Below are positions 25,537-37,559 of a stretch of 64,000 nt of DNA, piece after piece. Position 1 is the stretch's first letter; every line of letters begins with the position of its first letter. The translations under genes were made by a program, and so were the position numbers. The notes under the pieces are model-generated. The model saw only the letters and a list, made by a program, of their open reading frames with translations. It was not told the origin of the DNA and made no database searches. Origin of the DNA: Hyphomicrobium sp. (GTDB lineage Bacteria > Pseudomonadota > Alphaproteobacteria > Rhizobiales > Hyphomicrobiaceae); NCBI GenBank assembly GCA_019748215.1, contig JAIEPV010000026.1, positions 4,732 through 68,731 of the forward strand, in the 5' to 3' direction.

Positions 25537-27246
25537 ATGACTGTCACAGGTTGGCTTCAGATCGCGCTGATACTCGCCGCGGTCGTAGCAGCGGCATGGC
25601 CGCTCGGGCTCTACATGGCGCGTGTCTTTAGCGGGGAAAGAACCTTTCTCTCCCCTGTACTTTTGCCTGTCGAGCGCGCCGTATACATAGCCGCCAATGT
25701 CGATCCGAAGAAAGAGCAGACATGGCTCAGCTACGCGCTCGCGATGCTGGCAATCAACGGACTTGGCTTCGTTCTGTTATACGGATTGATGAGGTTCCAG
25801 CATCTGCTGCCTTTGAACCCCCAGGGGTTCGCCGCTGTCCCGCCGGATCTCGCTTTCAATACCGCGGTTAGCTTCGTCACGAACACGAATTGGCAATCCT
25901 ACGGCGGCGAGACCACGATGAGTCATCTCGTACAGATGACGGGTCTTGGCGTGCAGAACTTTCTCTCTGCCGCAACAGGCATAGCGTTGGCCCTGGCCGT
26001 CACCCGCGCATTCGCCCGCCGCACTGCGGCGACGCTCGGAAACTTCTGGGCGGACCTTACCCGAGCCACGCTTTACGTCCTGTTGCCCTTGTCGATCATA
26101 GTGGCCGTGGCATTTGCAATTTCGGGTGTGCCGCAGACGCTCGCGGCGAGTGCAGAAGTCACAACACTCGAAGGCGCAAAGCAGGCTATCGCGCTCGGGC
26201 CGGTGGCCAGTCAGGAGGCGATCAAACAGCTTGGCACTAACGGCGGCGGCTTTTTTAATGTCAACGCCGCGCATCCCTTCGAGAACCCAAATGCTTGGTC
26301 AAACATTCTGTCGATCTGGTCGATGCTCCTGATCTCGACCGCCTTACCGATCACCTTTGGCCGCCTCGTCGGCGACATGCGCCAGGGCGCGGCACTACTC
26401 ACGGTCATGTATGCGCTTCTCGTTGTCGGCGTCGCAATCGTTTACGCCGCCGAAACATCGGGTGTGCCGTCTCAGATTGCTGCAGGAATAGATCCGGCTA
26501 TGGGCAATATGGAAGGCAAGGAGGTGCGCTTCGGACAGGCTCTGACGGCCCTTTACGTGGTCGCGACCACCGGCCTGTCGTGCGGTGCGGTCAACGCCAT
26601 GCACGGGTCACTCACTCCGATTGGCGGACTTGTACCTCTGTTCATGATCCAACTTGGCGAGATTCTACCTGGCGGTGTCGGGTCGGGCCTCTACGGCATC
26701 ATCGTCATGGCCATCCTCGCCGTGTTCGTTGCCGGACTGATGGTTGGCCGAACACCGGAGTATCTCGGCAAGAAGATCGAAGCTCGGGAGATGAAGCTTG
26801 CGGTGCTGGCAATACTTATCCTGCCGCTGACGATCCTCGGGTTCACCGCAGCGTCGGCCATGCTTCCGTTCGCACTATCGAGCCTGGCGAACTCAGGACC
26901 GCGCGGATTGACGGAAATCCTCTACGCCTACTCGTCCGCTGCCGGCAACAACGGCTCCGCCTTCGCCGGTCTTACCGCCAATACGCAGTGGTACAATACC
27001 ACGCTTGGCATCGCGATGCTGCTCGGCCGCTTTGCCTACGTCGTGCCCGTCCTGGCAATTGCCGGAGCCTTGGCGAAGAAGACGAAGGTGGCTGCATCGC
27101 CGGGAACCTTTCCGACACACGGCATGCTGTTCATCGGCCTGCTCACTGGCGTGATTCTTATCCTCGGTGGCCTGCAATACTTCCCGGCGCTGGCGCTCGG
27201 TCCGGTCGTCGAACACGTCCTGATGCAAGCCGGCAAGACGTTCTGA
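25537..27246 (+). CDS. kdpA: K+-transporting ATPase subunit A
   Basis: [42 protein letters not shown] selectivity motifs. Confidence 0.98.
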   Translation: MTVTGWLQIALILAAVVAAAWPLGLYMARVFSGERTFLSPVLLPVERAVYIAANVDPKKEQTWLSYALAMLAINGLGFVLLYGLMRFQHLLPLNPQGFAAVPPDLAFNTAVSFVTNTNWQSYGGETTMSHLVQMTGLGVQNFLSAATGIALALAVTRAFARRTAATLGNFWADLTRATLYVLLPLSIIVAVAFAISGVPQTLAASAEVTTLEGAKQAIALGPVASQEAIKQLGTNGGGFFNVNAAHPFENPNAWSNILSIWSMLLISTALPITFGRLVGDMRQGAALLTVMYALLVVGVAIVYAAETSGVPSQIAAGIDPAMGNMEGKEVRFGQALTALYVVATTGLSCGAVNAMHGSLTPIGGLVPLFMIQLGEILPGGVGSGLYGIIVMAILAVFVAGLMVGRTPEYLGKKIEAREMKLAVLAILILPLTILGFTAASAMLPFALSSLANSGPRGLTEILYAYSSAAGNNGSAFAGLTANTQWYNTTLGIAMLLGRFAYVVPVLAIAGALAKKTKVAASPGTFPTHGMLFIGLLTGVILILGGLQYFPALALGPVVEHVLMQAGKTF

Positions 27247-27257
27247 AGGAACAGACA

Positions 27258-29303
27258 ATGTCGTCAAAACCTATCGCACTGTTCGATCCCGTCATCTTGC
27301 GCCGCGCAGTGATCGATGCTGTCGTGAAGCTAGCTCCGCGTCAGCTCGTCCGAAATCCCGTGATGTTCGTCACGGGCGTAGTGGCGGTCTTGGTGACACT
27401 CATCTTCATCCGGGATCTCGCTTTCGGCGAGGACAATCTGGCTTTCACTGGACAGATCGCAATTTGGCTCTGGTTCACCGTCTTATTCGCCAACTTCGCT
27501 GAGGCTATCGCCGAGGGCCGCGGCAAAGCACAAGCCGACGCCTTGAGGCGGACTCGTAGCGACACGATGGCGAAGGTTTTTCTCCATCAAGATGACAACC
27601 GGGACGATGTCTACGAGACGAAGTCTGCGCTTGAATTGCGCACTGGCGACATCGTACTGGTCGAAGTTGGCGACACCATCCCGGCAGATGGCGAAGTCAT
27701 CGAGGGTATCGCCTCGGTCAACGAGTCGGCAATCACGGGTGAATCAGCTCCGGTCATTCGCGAATCGGGCGGTGATCGCTCGGCCGTAACCGGCGGGACG
27801 GTCGTGCTCTCGGACTCGATTAAGGTGCGGATCACCGCGGCACCGGGTTCGTCGTTCCTGGATCGCATGATCGCCCTCGTCGAAGGCGCGGAGCGGCAAA
27901 AAACTCCGAATGAACTTGCGCTTTCGATCCTGCTTATAGGTATGACGCTGATTTTTCTGATTGCTGTCGTGACTCTCTGGGGGCTCGCCAGCTATTCAGG
28001 GACAGTTCTTTCGGTGACGGTTCTTATCGCTCTCCTCGTGACCCTCATTCCAACAACGATTGGCGGACTTCTTTCGGCGATCGGCATTGCCGGTATGGAC
28101 CGCCTGATCCGTTTCAACGTCATCGCTACGTCGGGTCGTGCGGTCGAAGCGGCCGGCGACGTCGACACGTTGTTGCTCGACAAGACCGGGACCATCACGT
28201 TTGGAAACCGGCTTGCAACAGAATTTATCCCCACGCCCGGAATAGATGAAGCCACGCTGGTCGAGGCGGCGTTCCTTTCATCGCTTGCAGACGAAACGCC
28301 GGAAGGCCGCTCGATTATCGCGCTGGCGAAATCGAAATACGGCGCCAGCGAGCCTGCGGACAAGTCAGGTGTCGTAATTCCATTTTCGGCTCAAACCCGA
28401 CTTTCCGGTATTGATCTCAGCGGGCGCAAGCTGCGCAAGGGAGCCGTTGATTCCGTACTGAAGCTTGCTGGCCTCTCGCTCGAACAGGCACCTTCCGGGT
28501 TTCGCGACGCAGTACAGTCGATCGCGCGATCGGGGGGAACGCCGCTCGCCGTCGCAGATAGTGCGAAGCTGCTCGGCGTCATCCATCTGAAGGATGTCGT
28601 GAAGCCTGACATCAAGGCGCGGTTTGCTGAACTGCGAGCCATGGGTATTCGGACCGTGATGGTCACCGGCGATAATGCAGTAACCGCCGCAGCCATCGCG
28701 TCGGAAGCGGGTGTCGATGACTACATTGCCGAGGCGACGCCTCAAGACAAGCTGGCATACATCAAAGGGGAGCAGGCCAAGGGACGGCTGATCGCAATGT
28801 GCGGGGACGGTACGAACGATGCGCCAGCGCTTGCGCAGGCGGATGTCGGTGTTGCGATGCAGAGCGGAACGCAAGCCGCCCGTGAAGCCGGCAACATGGT
28901 CGATCTCGACAGCAATCCAACGAAACTCATCGAAGTTACCGAAATCGGCAAGCAGCTCTTGATGACTCGCGGATCTCTGACGACATTTTCAATCGCGAAC
29001 GATGTGGCGAAGTACTTCGCCATCATTCCAGCTCTATTCGTGGCGACCTACCCCGAACTTGGCGCACTCAACATTATGGGGCTCGCCTCGCCGCAAAGCG
29101 CCATCCTGTCGGCGGTTATCTTCAATGCGTTGGTCATCATCGCGTTGATCCCGCTTGCGCTCAAGGGCATCGCATACCGGCCTGTAGGAGCCGAAGCTCT
29201 GCTCCGCCGCAACCTGCTAGTCTATGGCCTCGGCGGCCTTATCGTGCCGTTCGTTGGCATCAAAATCATCGATGTCGCCGTCGCCGGCCTCGGTCTCGCA
29301 TAG
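27258..29303 (+). CDS. kdpB: K+-transporting P-type ATPase subunit B
   Basis: True start MSSKPIAL at 27258; TGES, DKTGT phosphorylation site, [10 protein letters not shown]. Confidence 0.98.
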   Translation: MSSKPIALFDPVILRRAVIDAVVKLAPRQLVRNPVMFVTGVVAVLVTLIFIRDLAFGEDNLAFTGQIAIWLWFTVLFANFAEAIAEGRGKAQADALRRTRSDTMAKVFLHQDDNRDDVYETKSALELRTGDIVLVEVGDTIPADGEVIEGIASVNESAITGESAPVIRESGGDRSAVTGGTVVLSDSIKVRITAAPGSSFLDRMIALVEGAERQKTPNELALSILLIGMTLIFLIAVVTLWGLASYSGTVLSVTVLIALLVTLIPTTIGGLLSAIGIAGMDRLIRFNVIATSGRAVEAAGDVDTLLLDKTGTITFGNRLATEFIPTPGIDEATLVEAAFLSSLADETPEGRSIIALAKSKYGASEPADKSGVVIPFSAQTRLSGIDLSGRKLRKGAVDSVLKLAGLSLEQAPSGFRDAVQSIARSGGTPLAVADSAKLLGVIHLKDVVKPDIKARFAELRAMGIRTVMVTGDNAVTAAAIASEAGVDDYIAEATPQDKLAYIKGEQAKGRLIAMCGDGTNDAPALAQADVGVAMQSGTQAAREAGNMVDLDSNPTKLIEVTEIGKQLLMTRGSLTTFSIANDVAKYFAIIPALFVATYPELGALNIMGLASPQSAILSAVIFNALVIIALIPLALKGIAYRPVGAEALLRRNLLVYGLGGLIVPFVGIKIIDVAVAGLGLA

Positions 29304-29314
29304 AGGAAAGCAAA

Positions 29315-29890
29315 ATGTACTCCACAATTCGACCAGCAGCGGCGCTGCTCGCACTATTCACGCTCATCACCGGTGTCGCCTACCCGCTCATTGTGACCGG
29401 CATCGCGCAGGGTCTTTTACAGCAGCAGGCCAATGGCTCACTTGTGCGAAAGGATGGGGCGCTCATCGGTTCTCGCCTGATCGGGCAGTCCTTTACTTCG
29501 GCGGGCTATTTCCACGCGCGCCCGTCCGCAGCAGGGGCAAATGGCTACGACGCGGCCGCGTCTTCGGGGTCTAACCTCGGCCCACTTTCGACGAAACTTA
29601 ACGAGCGGATCGCTGCTAGTCTTCCGACCTTGAAGCAGGAAAGCGATGTGACGGTTCCGGCTGATGCCGTGACGGCGTCCGGTAGCGGACTTGATCCCCA
29701 CATTTCAATCGACAATGCGCAGCGACAAGTTGCGCGCGTCGCCAGTTCTAGAAGCGTGCCCCCGTCCCAGATCCAGAGTATCGTAGACCGGATCGCGGAA
29801 CGGCCAGCGCTAGGCATCATCGGCGAACCCCGCATCAACGTCCTGCTCCTTAATCTCGAACTCGACTCGGCGTTGGGAAGGAAAATCTGA
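29315..29890 (+). CDS. kdpC: K+-transporting ATPase subunit C
   Basis: GSRLIGQSF, YFHARPSA, SGSNLGP, DAVTASGSGLDPHIS. Confidence 0.98.
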   Translation: MYSTIRPAAALLALFTLITGVAYPLIVTGIAQGLLQQQANGSLVRKDGALIGSRLIGQSFTSAGYFHARPSAAGANGYDAAASSGSNLGPLSTKLNERIAASLPTLKQESDVTVPADAVTASGSGLDPHISIDNAQRQVARVASSRSVPPSQIQSIVDRIAERPALGIIGEPRINVLLLNLELDSALGRKI

Positions 29891-29895
29891 ACGGC

Positions 29896-32601
29896 ATGCC
29901 TACTCAGGCAGATCGCACGCCACCGCGTGCTTCATCAGAAGCACTGTTAGAGCTTGCCGCGAAAGAGCAGCGCGGCAAGCTCAAGGTCTATCTCGGCATG
30001 GCACCAGGCGTCGGCAAGACCTATGCGATGCTCTCCGCTGCACGCACAGCAAAGTCCGAGGGACGCGACGTCGTGATCGGCCTTGTCGAAACTCACGGCC
30101 GCTCCGAAACGCAAGCTCTCGTTGATGGCCTTGAGGTCATCCCGCGGCGAACAGTAGCTTATCGCAATCGCGTGCTGATGGAATTCGACATTGATGCTGC
30201 GATCACACGGCGGCCGGAGCTCCTTCTCGTCGACGAATTCGCTCACACAAACGCCCCGGGTCTCGTTCATGGCAAGCGCTATCAGGACGTCGAAGGGGTA
30301 CTACAAGCGGGCATCGACGTTTGGACCACGTTGAACATCCAACACCTCGAAAGCCTGACCGACGTCGTCGAAAAGATCTCTGGGATCACGGTTCGCGAGA
30401 CTGTCCCGGATCGAGTTCTCGACCGCGCCGACGAGATTGTCGTCGTCGACTTACCTCCGGAAGATCTGATTCAGCGGCTTAAGGAGGGCAAGGTCTACCT
30501 GCCTGAAAACGCCCGGCGCGCGATTGATCGGTTCTTTCAGCCAAGCAACCTCACAGCCCTGCGCGAACTCGCGCTGCGCCGCACTGCTGATCAGGTCGAC
30601 GAGCAAATGCTTACGCAGCTGCGCCAACGCGGGGTCGAAGGATCCTGGCCGACGGCTGAGCGCCTTCTGGTCTGCGTTGGAGGTGACGAACAGTCCGAAC
30701 GCGTGATCCGCACGGCCGCCCGAATGGCGGCGGCGCTGAAATCGGATTGGATTGCCATTCACTTGGCACTTGCCGACAAAGAGGATGAAAACCGCACGCC
30801 GCGCAAACGGATCGACAAAGCCATGCGACTTGCGGAACGGCTCGGCGCCACAACGGTCCGCGTGCTCGCAAAGGATTTGACCGCTGAGATCCTCAACTAC
30901 GCCAAACGTAACAACATCACTCAAATCGTTGTCGGCCGCTCAGTGCCAAGTGGTTGGCATGGCATATTCCGCCGCTCGCTTTCGGACGAGATCACGGCCA
31001 AGGCCAAGGGGCTATCCGTCACTGTAATAGCACCTGAAACGGAGGCGGTCTCCGCACGGGCTTTCACCTTACCGGATCGAAATACACTGGCGGCAGGATC
31101 GGTCGCAGCGGTCCTTGCGGTTGGTGCGGCGGTGGGAACAGGGCTCGCGCTCGAGCGACTCACACCCCTGCCGAACATGTCGATGATATTCCTGCTAGCG
31201 GTTCTGATCTGTGCCTTTCGTTTTGGCGTGAGCGCCGCCGTATCCGCCTCCGTCCTTTCGTTCTTCGCCTACAATTTCTTCTTCATCGAGCCGCGCCACA
31301 CCTTTACGATTGCGAGGCCCCACGAACTGTTTGCGCTGCTGATCTTTCTTGCCGTGGCCATCGTCACTGGCGGTCTTGCGGGTAGGCTCCGCGATCAGGC
31401 CAACGCGACCAGCGCTCGCGCGGAAGCGACCCAATCGCTCTACGACTTCTCCCGTAAATTGTCCGGTGCGCCAAAGATCGACGATGTCGTGTGGCTCATC
31501 GCTAGCCAGTCGGCCGCGATCGCAGGCGGCCGGGCCGTCGTTTTGCTGACGAAGAACGGGGACTTGAACCTTGAGGGCGCTTGGCCGCCCGAGGACTCCC
31601 TCTCCACATCGGACTGGGCCGCAGCCCGCTGGTCAGTATCCAAGGGCGAGCCTGGCGGCAACTTCACACCCACGATGCCGTCCGCCACGTTTCACTTCCG
31701 GCCGATGATGTCGTCCAAGGGATCGCTGGGCGTTATCGGCGTGGCGCTCCCTGATGAGGAAGATTTTCTGCCTGCAGCTACAGAAAGCGCCCTGCAATCT
31801 TTTGCCGATCAGGCTGCAATTGCCATCGAACGCACCCTTCTTGTTGAAGAAACAGCAAGAATGGCCTCGGCCGCTGAGAGCGAACGGCTGCGAAGCGCGC
31901 TGTTATCGTCAGTCTCGCACGATTTGCGAACGCCGCTCGCTTCTATCCTCGGCTCCGTGACGAGCCTGCGTCAGCTCGGGGACCGCATTCCCAAAGCCGA
32001 CCAAGCTGAATTGCTGACAACGATCGAAGAAGAAACCACGCGGCTCACGCAGTTCGTTACCAATCTGCTCGATATGACCCGCCTTGAGGCCGGCGCTCTG
32101 GATATCCGTCGCGATTGGATCGATGTGGCAGACGTCATCCGGGGGGCTGTCAATCGAAGCCGAAAGCTCACGCCGAAGCGAAAGATCGAATTGAACGTGT
32201 CTGAAAACCTTCCCTTCGTCAAAGGCGACGCCACACTCCTTGAACAGGTGATCTTTAACCTGATTGACAACGCTGACAAATACAGTCCCAAGGCGTCTGT
32301 CACGTCCATCTCTGCCGCCACTCAAAAAATGGGAGTGATCGTAGTCCGCGTGTCCGACAGCGGTCAGGGAATTCCACCGGGCTCGCTGGAACGCATCTTC
32401 GACAAGTTCTATCGTTTGGCGGGAAGTGACGGGCGGACTCCCGGCACCGGGTTGGGTCTCGCCATTGCAGCCGGCGTCATCCGGGCAATGGGCGGCGACA
32501 TATCAGCCCGCAGCCCCGTCAATAACGGCAGAGGAACGGAGATCTCCATCATGTTGCCGGCGTCGGCCGAAGCGACGAACCTCACTGCGGCGAGCGCCTG
32601 A
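29896..32601 (+). CDS. kdpD: Osmosensitive K+ sensor histidine kinase
   Basis: GKLKVYLGMAPGVGKTY KdpD domain, USP domain, 4 TM, SSVSHDLRTPL H-box, HATPase. Confidence 0.97.
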   Translation: MPTQADRTPPRASSEALLELAAKEQRGKLKVYLGMAPGVGKTYAMLSAARTAKSEGRDVVIGLVETHGRSETQALVDGLEVIPRRTVAYRNRVLMEFDIDAAITRRPELLLVDEFAHTNAPGLVHGKRYQDVEGVLQAGIDVWTTLNIQHLESLTDVVEKISGITVRETVPDRVLDRADEIVVVDLPPEDLIQRLKEGKVYLPENARRAIDRFFQPSNLTALRELALRRTADQVDEQMLTQLRQRGVEGSWPTAERLLVCVGGDEQSERVIRTAARMAAALKSDWIAIHLALADKEDENRTPRKRIDKAMRLAERLGATTVRVLAKDLTAEILNYAKRNNITQIVVGRSVPSGWHGIFRRSLSDEITAKAKGLSVTVIAPETEAVSARAFTLPDRNTLAAGSVAAVLAVGAAVGTGLALERLTPLPNMSMIFLLAVLICAFRFGVSAAVSASVLSFFAYNFFFIEPRHTFTIARPHELFALLIFLAVAIVTGGLAGRLRDQANATSARAEATQSLYDFSRKLSGAPKIDDVVWLIASQSAAIAGGRAVVLLTKNGDLNLEGAWPPEDSLSTSDWAAARWSVSKGEPGGNFTPTMPSATFHFRPMMSSKGSLGVIGVALPDEEDFLPAATESALQSFADQAAIAIERTLLVEETARMASAAESERLRSALLSSVSHDLRTPLASILGSVTSLRQLGDRIPKADQAELLTTIEEETTRLTQFVTNLLDMTRLEAGALDIRRDWIDVADVIRGAVNRSRKLTPKRKIELNVSENLPFVKGDATLLEQVIFNLIDNADKYSPKASVTSISAATQKMGVIVVRVSDSGQGIPPGSLERIFDKFYRLAGSDGRTPGTGLGLAIAAGVIRAMGGDISARSPVNNGRGTEISIMLPASAEATNLTAASA

Positions 32602-33287
32602 TGAGCGCGCGCATCCTCATCGTCGACGATGAACCTCAGATCATTCGCTTCCTGAGGCCTGCACTGAGCGCGGCGGGCTTCGAAACCATCGTCGCCGAGC
32701 GTGGTAGCGAGGCGCTCAAGATGGCCGCATCCCACTCACCTGATCTCGTACTTCTCGACCTCGGGTTACCTGACATTGACGGCAAAGAGGTCATCACGCA
32801 GCTGAGAAGCTGGAGTAGCGTTCCGGTTATCGTTCTATCCGCGCGCGATAGGGAAACGGAGAAGATCGCAGCGCTCGATCTCGGTGCCGACGACTACATC
32901 AATAAGCCGTTCGGCATCGGGGAACTCATGGCCCGCATCCGAACAGCATTGCGGCACGCCGCGCGTGACCAGAAACATGATGCGAATATCATTGCGGGTC
33001 TACTTGAAATAAATATCCCGGCCCACACGGCGACACTAGGCGGCAAACCAATCAAATTGACGCCTAGGGAATTCGAGCTTCTCGCCCTGCTAGCGCGCAA
33101 CGCCGGGTTGGTGATGACCCATCGTCAAGTCCTCACTAAGGTATGGGGTCCTGCCCATACAGAAGATCTGCAATACCTGCGCGTGTTCATCGGTCAACTT
33201 CGCCAGAAGCTCAAGCCATCTGCCGATGCGCCTGAACTCATCCAAACAGAACAAGGCATCGGCTACCGCCTTGTCGTCGAATCATGA
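32601..33287 (+). CDS. kdpE: OmpR-family response regulator KdpE
   Basis: REC (VDDE, LLDLGLPD) plus winged helix YLRVFIGQLRQKL; coupled to kdpD. Confidence 0.96.
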   Translation: MSARILIVDDEPQIIRFLRPALSAAGFETIVAERGSEALKMAASHSPDLVLLDLGLPDIDGKEVITQLRSWSSVPVIVLSARDRETEKIAALDLGADDYINKPFGIGELMARIRTALRHAARDQKHDANIIAGLLEINIPAHTATLGGKPIKLTPREFELLALLARNAGLVMTHRQVLTKVWGPAHTEDLQYLRVFIGQLRQKLKPSADAPELIQTEQGIGYRLVVES

Positions 33288-33454
33288 TCTTTTCCGGCGT
33301 CTACTCTTGGCCCATCGCGTCGAGATGAGATTGTCTGCTCTAATGGGTGACACTGACCAAGCTACTTTTCCGCGACCGAATTCTTTCGACCCTAAATCCG
33401 ATCACCATTGCATTCGCATAATCGGGCTTATGCTAAATGCAGCGAACGGCGCGC

Positions 33455-33931
33455 CTAGCGATAGCCTGCGGCTTGCAACTCGAATAGCTCGGCGTAGCGG
33501 CCGTTCTCCGCGATCAATTCGTCGTGCGTTCCAGACGCTTCTAAGCGGCCATCGGCGAGCACGAGAATGCGGTCGGCCATGCGCACGCTGGAAAAGCGAT
33601 GCGAGATAAGAACGGCGGTCTTGCCCGAGCTCAACTCCTTGAACCGCTGAAACACTGCGAACTCTGATCGCGCATCCAGTGCTGCGGTCGGTTCATCGAG
33701 GATCAAGACGTCGGCTTCGCGCATATATGCGCGCGCGATCGCGACTTCCTGCCATTCGCCGCCCGAGAGTTCGACGCTGTTCTTGAACCGCTTCGCTATC
33801 ATCTGATCGTAGCCGCCGGGCAGCTTGGCGATCACGTCGTCGGCGAGGCTGCGCGCCGCCGCCTTCTGGATCCGCACATGATCGTCGCGCGCCGCGATGC
33901 GGCCAACGGCGATGTTGTCGCCTGCACTCAA
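33455..33931 (-). pseudogene. C-terminal fragment of an ABC transporter ATP-binding protein
   Basis: LSGGEWQ signature, ILDEPTAALD, LISHRFS present but no Walker A or TM domain; the upstream gene (DUF302) is unrelated. Confidence 0.85.
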
Positions 33932-33968
33932 GTTGTAGCGTAGCCGCGGATCATAATTGCGCGCTTCG

Positions 33969-34367
33969 TTACTTCGTCGCTTTCGCCGTGATGGCGTCCA
34001 GAAACGAGATCATCGCATGGATCGTCGGTATTTCGTTTGTACCAACGCTGTGCCTCTGCGCCACCCAACGAGGATCGTTGTACGCGAGGATAGTACTGCC
34101 ATCCGCATCGGCGAATGCCAGCGCCTTTAACGGCAGGTCGATGCCAGTGGTCGGTATCGCCTGCATCATCGGAGTGCCGGTCTTGGCGCTACCGAATATG
34201 ATGAGCTCCGTTGGACGGAGATGCAGTCCCGCTTCAGCGGCTCCTTTCGCGTGATCGATGCGCGCAAATACGGGTATGCCTTTCGCGTGAAGTTCGGCCT
34301 CAAGGCGATCGATGGTCTCCTTAACTGTGAATACGCTCTGCAAGCGCACCAAGCCATTCGCCTCCAT
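33969..34367 (-). CDS. DUF302 domain protein
   Basis: VFARIDHAKGAAEAGLHLRPTELIIFG..GTPMMQ...GIDLPLKAL pattern. Confidence 0.9.
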   Translation of the reverse strand: MEANGLVRLQSVFTVKETIDRLEAELHAKGIPVFARIDHAKGAAEAGLHLRPTELIIFGSAKTGTPMMQAIPTTGIDLPLKALAFADADGSTILAYNDPRWVAQRHSVGTNEIPTIHAMISFLDAITAKATK

Positions 34368-34738
34368 CGCTGCACTCCTTCAAGCCATTGCGACACTTTT
34401 TGAGCGAGCATAACGTGCCGCTGCGCTAGCGCTGCAGCCATGCCCAGTGGCGCGGCGGTGTCATTGTGAGGAACACACTTATCGTTTTGCTTGTCGTCGA
34501 CGGATATCCCTTCGACGCTTTGCGCTGGCCGCCGACCTGGACCAGACTTTCAAAATCATCATGCAACGTGGCAAGATCACCAACAAACGCTTTGAATCGT
34601 GTCGCCCCTGGAGCGAGGATACGCTGCGTCGATCGTACGCCGGCATAATCACCTCGTAGTGCAAACACTGTCCCTCTCGAATGGGCACGCAATGTCCGAC
34701 ACGCGGTCGCGGCCAGACGCGGGCTGCATCGCTGACAG

Positions 34739-35140
34739 CTACGTCACGGTCGCGGGGTCCATAAAGAAGGGCTCCCAGGTGTGTCCGTCTGGGTCTTCAA
34801 ACGTGCGCTGGACCATGAAGCCGTAATCTTGTTTTGGTTTGGGTTCTTTGCCGCCTGACTTGATCGCTTTAGCGACCATATCGTCGACCGCAGTCTTGCT
34901 TTCCAGTGCCAGCGCCACGAGAACACCTGTCGTTTGGTGCGCGTCCGGCGTCGGCTTGGTAGTGAAGGATGCGAATTTCTCATGCGTGAGCAGCATTGCG
35001 TAGTTGTGCTCAGAAATCACCATGCAGGCAGCGGTATCATCGGTGAATTGCGGGTTGAACGTGAAACCGAGCGCCTTGTAGAAGGCCATCGATTTTTTCA
35101 AATCCTTGACTGGCAGATTGACGAACATTTTCGTGCTCAT
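34739..35140 (-). CDS. VOC/glyoxalase family protein
   Basis: FVNLPVKDLKKSMAFYKALGF...RTFEDPDGHTWE. Confidence 0.92.
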   Translation of the reverse strand: MSTKMFVNLPVKDLKKSMAFYKALGFTFNPQFTDDTAACMVISEHNYAMLLTHEKFASFTTKPTPDAHQTTGVLVALALESKTAVDDMVAKAIKSGGKEPKPKQDYGFMVQRTFEDPDGHTWEPFFMDPATVT

Positions 35141-35191
35141 GATCGCTCCATTTTTGATCAGTTGAGTGTTTTGCGAGCTTCGTCTTTGCCG

Positions 35192-35551
35192 TCAAAGTTC
35201 GACCAACGACTTAAAGCCGCCCCAAAACATCCGTTTCCCGTCGACGGGTACCAAGTCCGGCCCCATCTCTGCGAAAAGCGGATCCTTCATCACCAGCGGA
35301 TTGATCCTGTCGCGATCCTCGCGAGATCGGAACGCGATCCAACTGACGACGACAACCTCATCAGCTTCGAGCTTGACCGATTGAGGGAACGAGGTGTGAG
35401 TGCCTGGCTTCACGTCTTCGGCGATAACCTCGATGACTTCCAAAGCGCCATGTTGACGCCAAAGTTTTCCAGAGGCCTCGGCGAATCTCCTATAGTCGTC
35501 GATTTTGTCCCTTTTGACGGGCAAGACGTAGACGTCGATATATCTGCTCAT
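35192..35551 (-). CDS. DUF1428 family protein
   Basis: YIDVYVLPV, HGALEV, TSFPQSVKL...VVVSWI, DGKRMFWGGF. Confidence 0.9.
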   Translation of the reverse strand: MSRYIDVYVLPVKRDKIDDYRRFAEASGKLWRQHGALEVIEVIAEDVKPGTHTSFPQSVKLEADEVVVVSWIAFRSREDRDRINPLVMKDPLFAEMGPDLVPVDGKRMFWGGFKSLVEL

Positions 35552-35606
35552 GTCGATGCTCCTCCATCCGCAGGCGTTGATGTGTGTCGATCGCGCGGCG
35601 TTAGGA

Positions 35607-36089
35607 TCACGCAGCGGCGGCTTCCAAAGCAGCCACGTCGATTTTGACCATCTGCATCATCGCCTCCATGACGCGCTTGCTCTTGGCCGCATCGGGATCA
35701 GACAGCAGCTCAGGCAATCGGCGCGGTATGATCTGCCACGACAGCCCATATTTGTCCTTGAGCCAGCCGCACGCCACGGGCTGGCCGCCGCCCGACGTCA
35801 ACATCGCCCAAAACTTGTCGACCTCGGCCTGGTCTTCGCAGTCAACCGTCAGCGAAATCGAGTTGTTGAATTTTTCATGCGGCCCGCCGTTGAGAGCCAA
35901 ATAGCTGAGGCCGCCCAGCGAGAAATTGATCAACAGCACCGCGCCGGTCTCGCCGCCCGGATAGTCGGTGGCCGACCTTTGCACGTGGACGATGGACGAT
36001 TGAGGGATCACCGACGTATAGAACTGCACAGCTTCCTCGGCGTTTCCGTCAAACCAAAGACACGGCGTAATTTTTTGCGTGTTGGGCAT
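35607..36089 (-). CDS. VOC family protein (PhnB/3-demethylubiquinone-9 3-MT-like)
   Basis: KITPCLWFDGNAEEAVQFY, ALNGGP, CGWLKDKYGLSWQI. Confidence 0.92.
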   Translation of the reverse strand: MPNTQKITPCLWFDGNAEEAVQFYTSVIPQSSIVHVQRSATDYPGGETGAVLLINFSLGGLSYLALNGGPHEKFNNSISLTVDCEDQAEVDKFWAMLTSGGGQPVACGWLKDKYGLSWQIIPRRLPELLSDPDAAKSKRVMEAMMQMVKIDVAALEAAAA

Positions 36090-37328
36090 GTCTCAAGCTC
36101 CATTCTAGGGGTTGCAGCTGTCGCCATGGAAAGAACTGATCGAACCCGATCCGACAGTGCGAGCCAGCGTTATAAAGTGACGTGATTTGGCGGCGCAGTA
36201 CTGTGCGCCTTTCGACGTCGGCTGAACCCCTTCGCCGCCCAGCATAACTCCATTTTTTCCATGCGCTTCGTTGAAATTGCCCATGAACATCGGTCGCTCG
36301 ATCGACGGCGTTTGGCTGGCTCGCGAAGCATTGCTGGCCTTGACGAGGCTAGTGACTCTCATCGCTGTTACTCTTTTCCACCGCACATAGAACGCCGCTT
36401 GAATCAAAACGTTTGCCGTACAGGCCAGTTCCTCCAAGACGAACAGACCGACGGTGAGCCGACATCGCCCAGTAAAAATTTTTCGTCGCTGACCTGCCGG
36501 GTTAGCGATGATCGGCACCAAGTGGTCGACGTGCGCGCATTCCATCTCGCACTTTGCGTCAATGGCCTTCGCGTTTTCCTGAGGTTCGGCGTCTGCATTT
36601 TTCGAGCACGATGTTTGCGATGTGTCGTTCGGCTGCCGCCGCTAAATCGTGCGCGGGCTCGACACTCGCAGCCATCGCGTTCATGTCGATGTCGTCTCTG
36701 ACGCTCACCGCAGCAGGCGACCATGTTTGACGGTAACGATCGTCCCTCTCGACGTATGAGGGCTGTTGGCCGCCGAGCCGTCTTTGTGAGCTGAGCTAAG
36801 CTGATCTGGCGACGAAGGCTGGCGCTTACCTGCTCGTTCGCAAATCCAGCTTAGCAATTGAAGTCTTCTTGTTTGTCATAGGAAAGCGTGGAGCGTCTAC
36901 TTGGGGCGTCGGTGATGTTCGTCATCGATCGCGGTGATTTATGGTAAGCGACTTGCGCCGCGTCAACAAACGCTAAGGCGTCACGGTTATGAACCGTGGC
37001 CCGCCATTCGGTGGAGTCTGCTACGATGAAACGAGATCTGACACGTGACGCGCCGCCGGTGCGACAGCCGATGTCCGCGCCATCTTTCGATATGACGTTT
37101 GTCGACGACGGTACACGCCAAACGTGTCGACACTGCTAGAGCAATTTCCGACGAAGTCGATCCGGGTTCGTCGCCAGAAAATGCGACAAAGGGAAGAGCT
37201 CGAGTGCCGATCTCATTCCATGGGATCGCGAAGCTCCAGAGCGCGACACGCGGTTGCAATGCAGCCAGCCACACAATTTTTCAAATCCCCAAAGCGAGGA
37301 TCCATCCACAGGATGGAGATCAATAGCC

Positions 37329-37559
37329 ATGCACAAAACTTACGTGATTGAAGTCGGCGATGAGCAAGTTGGGCTCGTCATCCGCGAGGATGGAGACCAC
37401 GACTTCCAGTTCCATGCCGCAACGCCCGCTTATCACGCGCTCGAAGGACGACACTTTTCCGATCCCTACGGGGCGGAGCGCGCTGCGATCGCCTACGCCA
37501 TCAGTCGCCGAAATCGGCTGCCGGGGCAACAGGCCCAACGCACCGGAGGGGTGCTATGA
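37329..37559 (+). CDS. Small hypothetical protein (76 aa)
   Basis: GGAG RBS; MHKTYVIEVGDEQVGLVIRE...FQFHAA...LEGRHFSDPYGAERAA. Confidence 0.65.
   Translation: MHKTYVIEVGDEQVGLVIREDGDHDFQFHAATPAYHALEGRHFSDPYGAERAAIAYAISRRNRLPGQQAQRTGGVL

Noticed and set aside
26295-27257. N-terminal 320 aa of the 1002-aa ORF-track protein
   Set aside because: Alternative-frame read-through overlapping kdpA; real KdpB starts at ATG 27258 after an AAGGA RBS
36725-37328. Riboswitch or ncRNA in the long intergenic gap
   Set aside because: No cobalamin, TPP, SAM or glycine consensus elements recognised by eye; needs an Rfam scan
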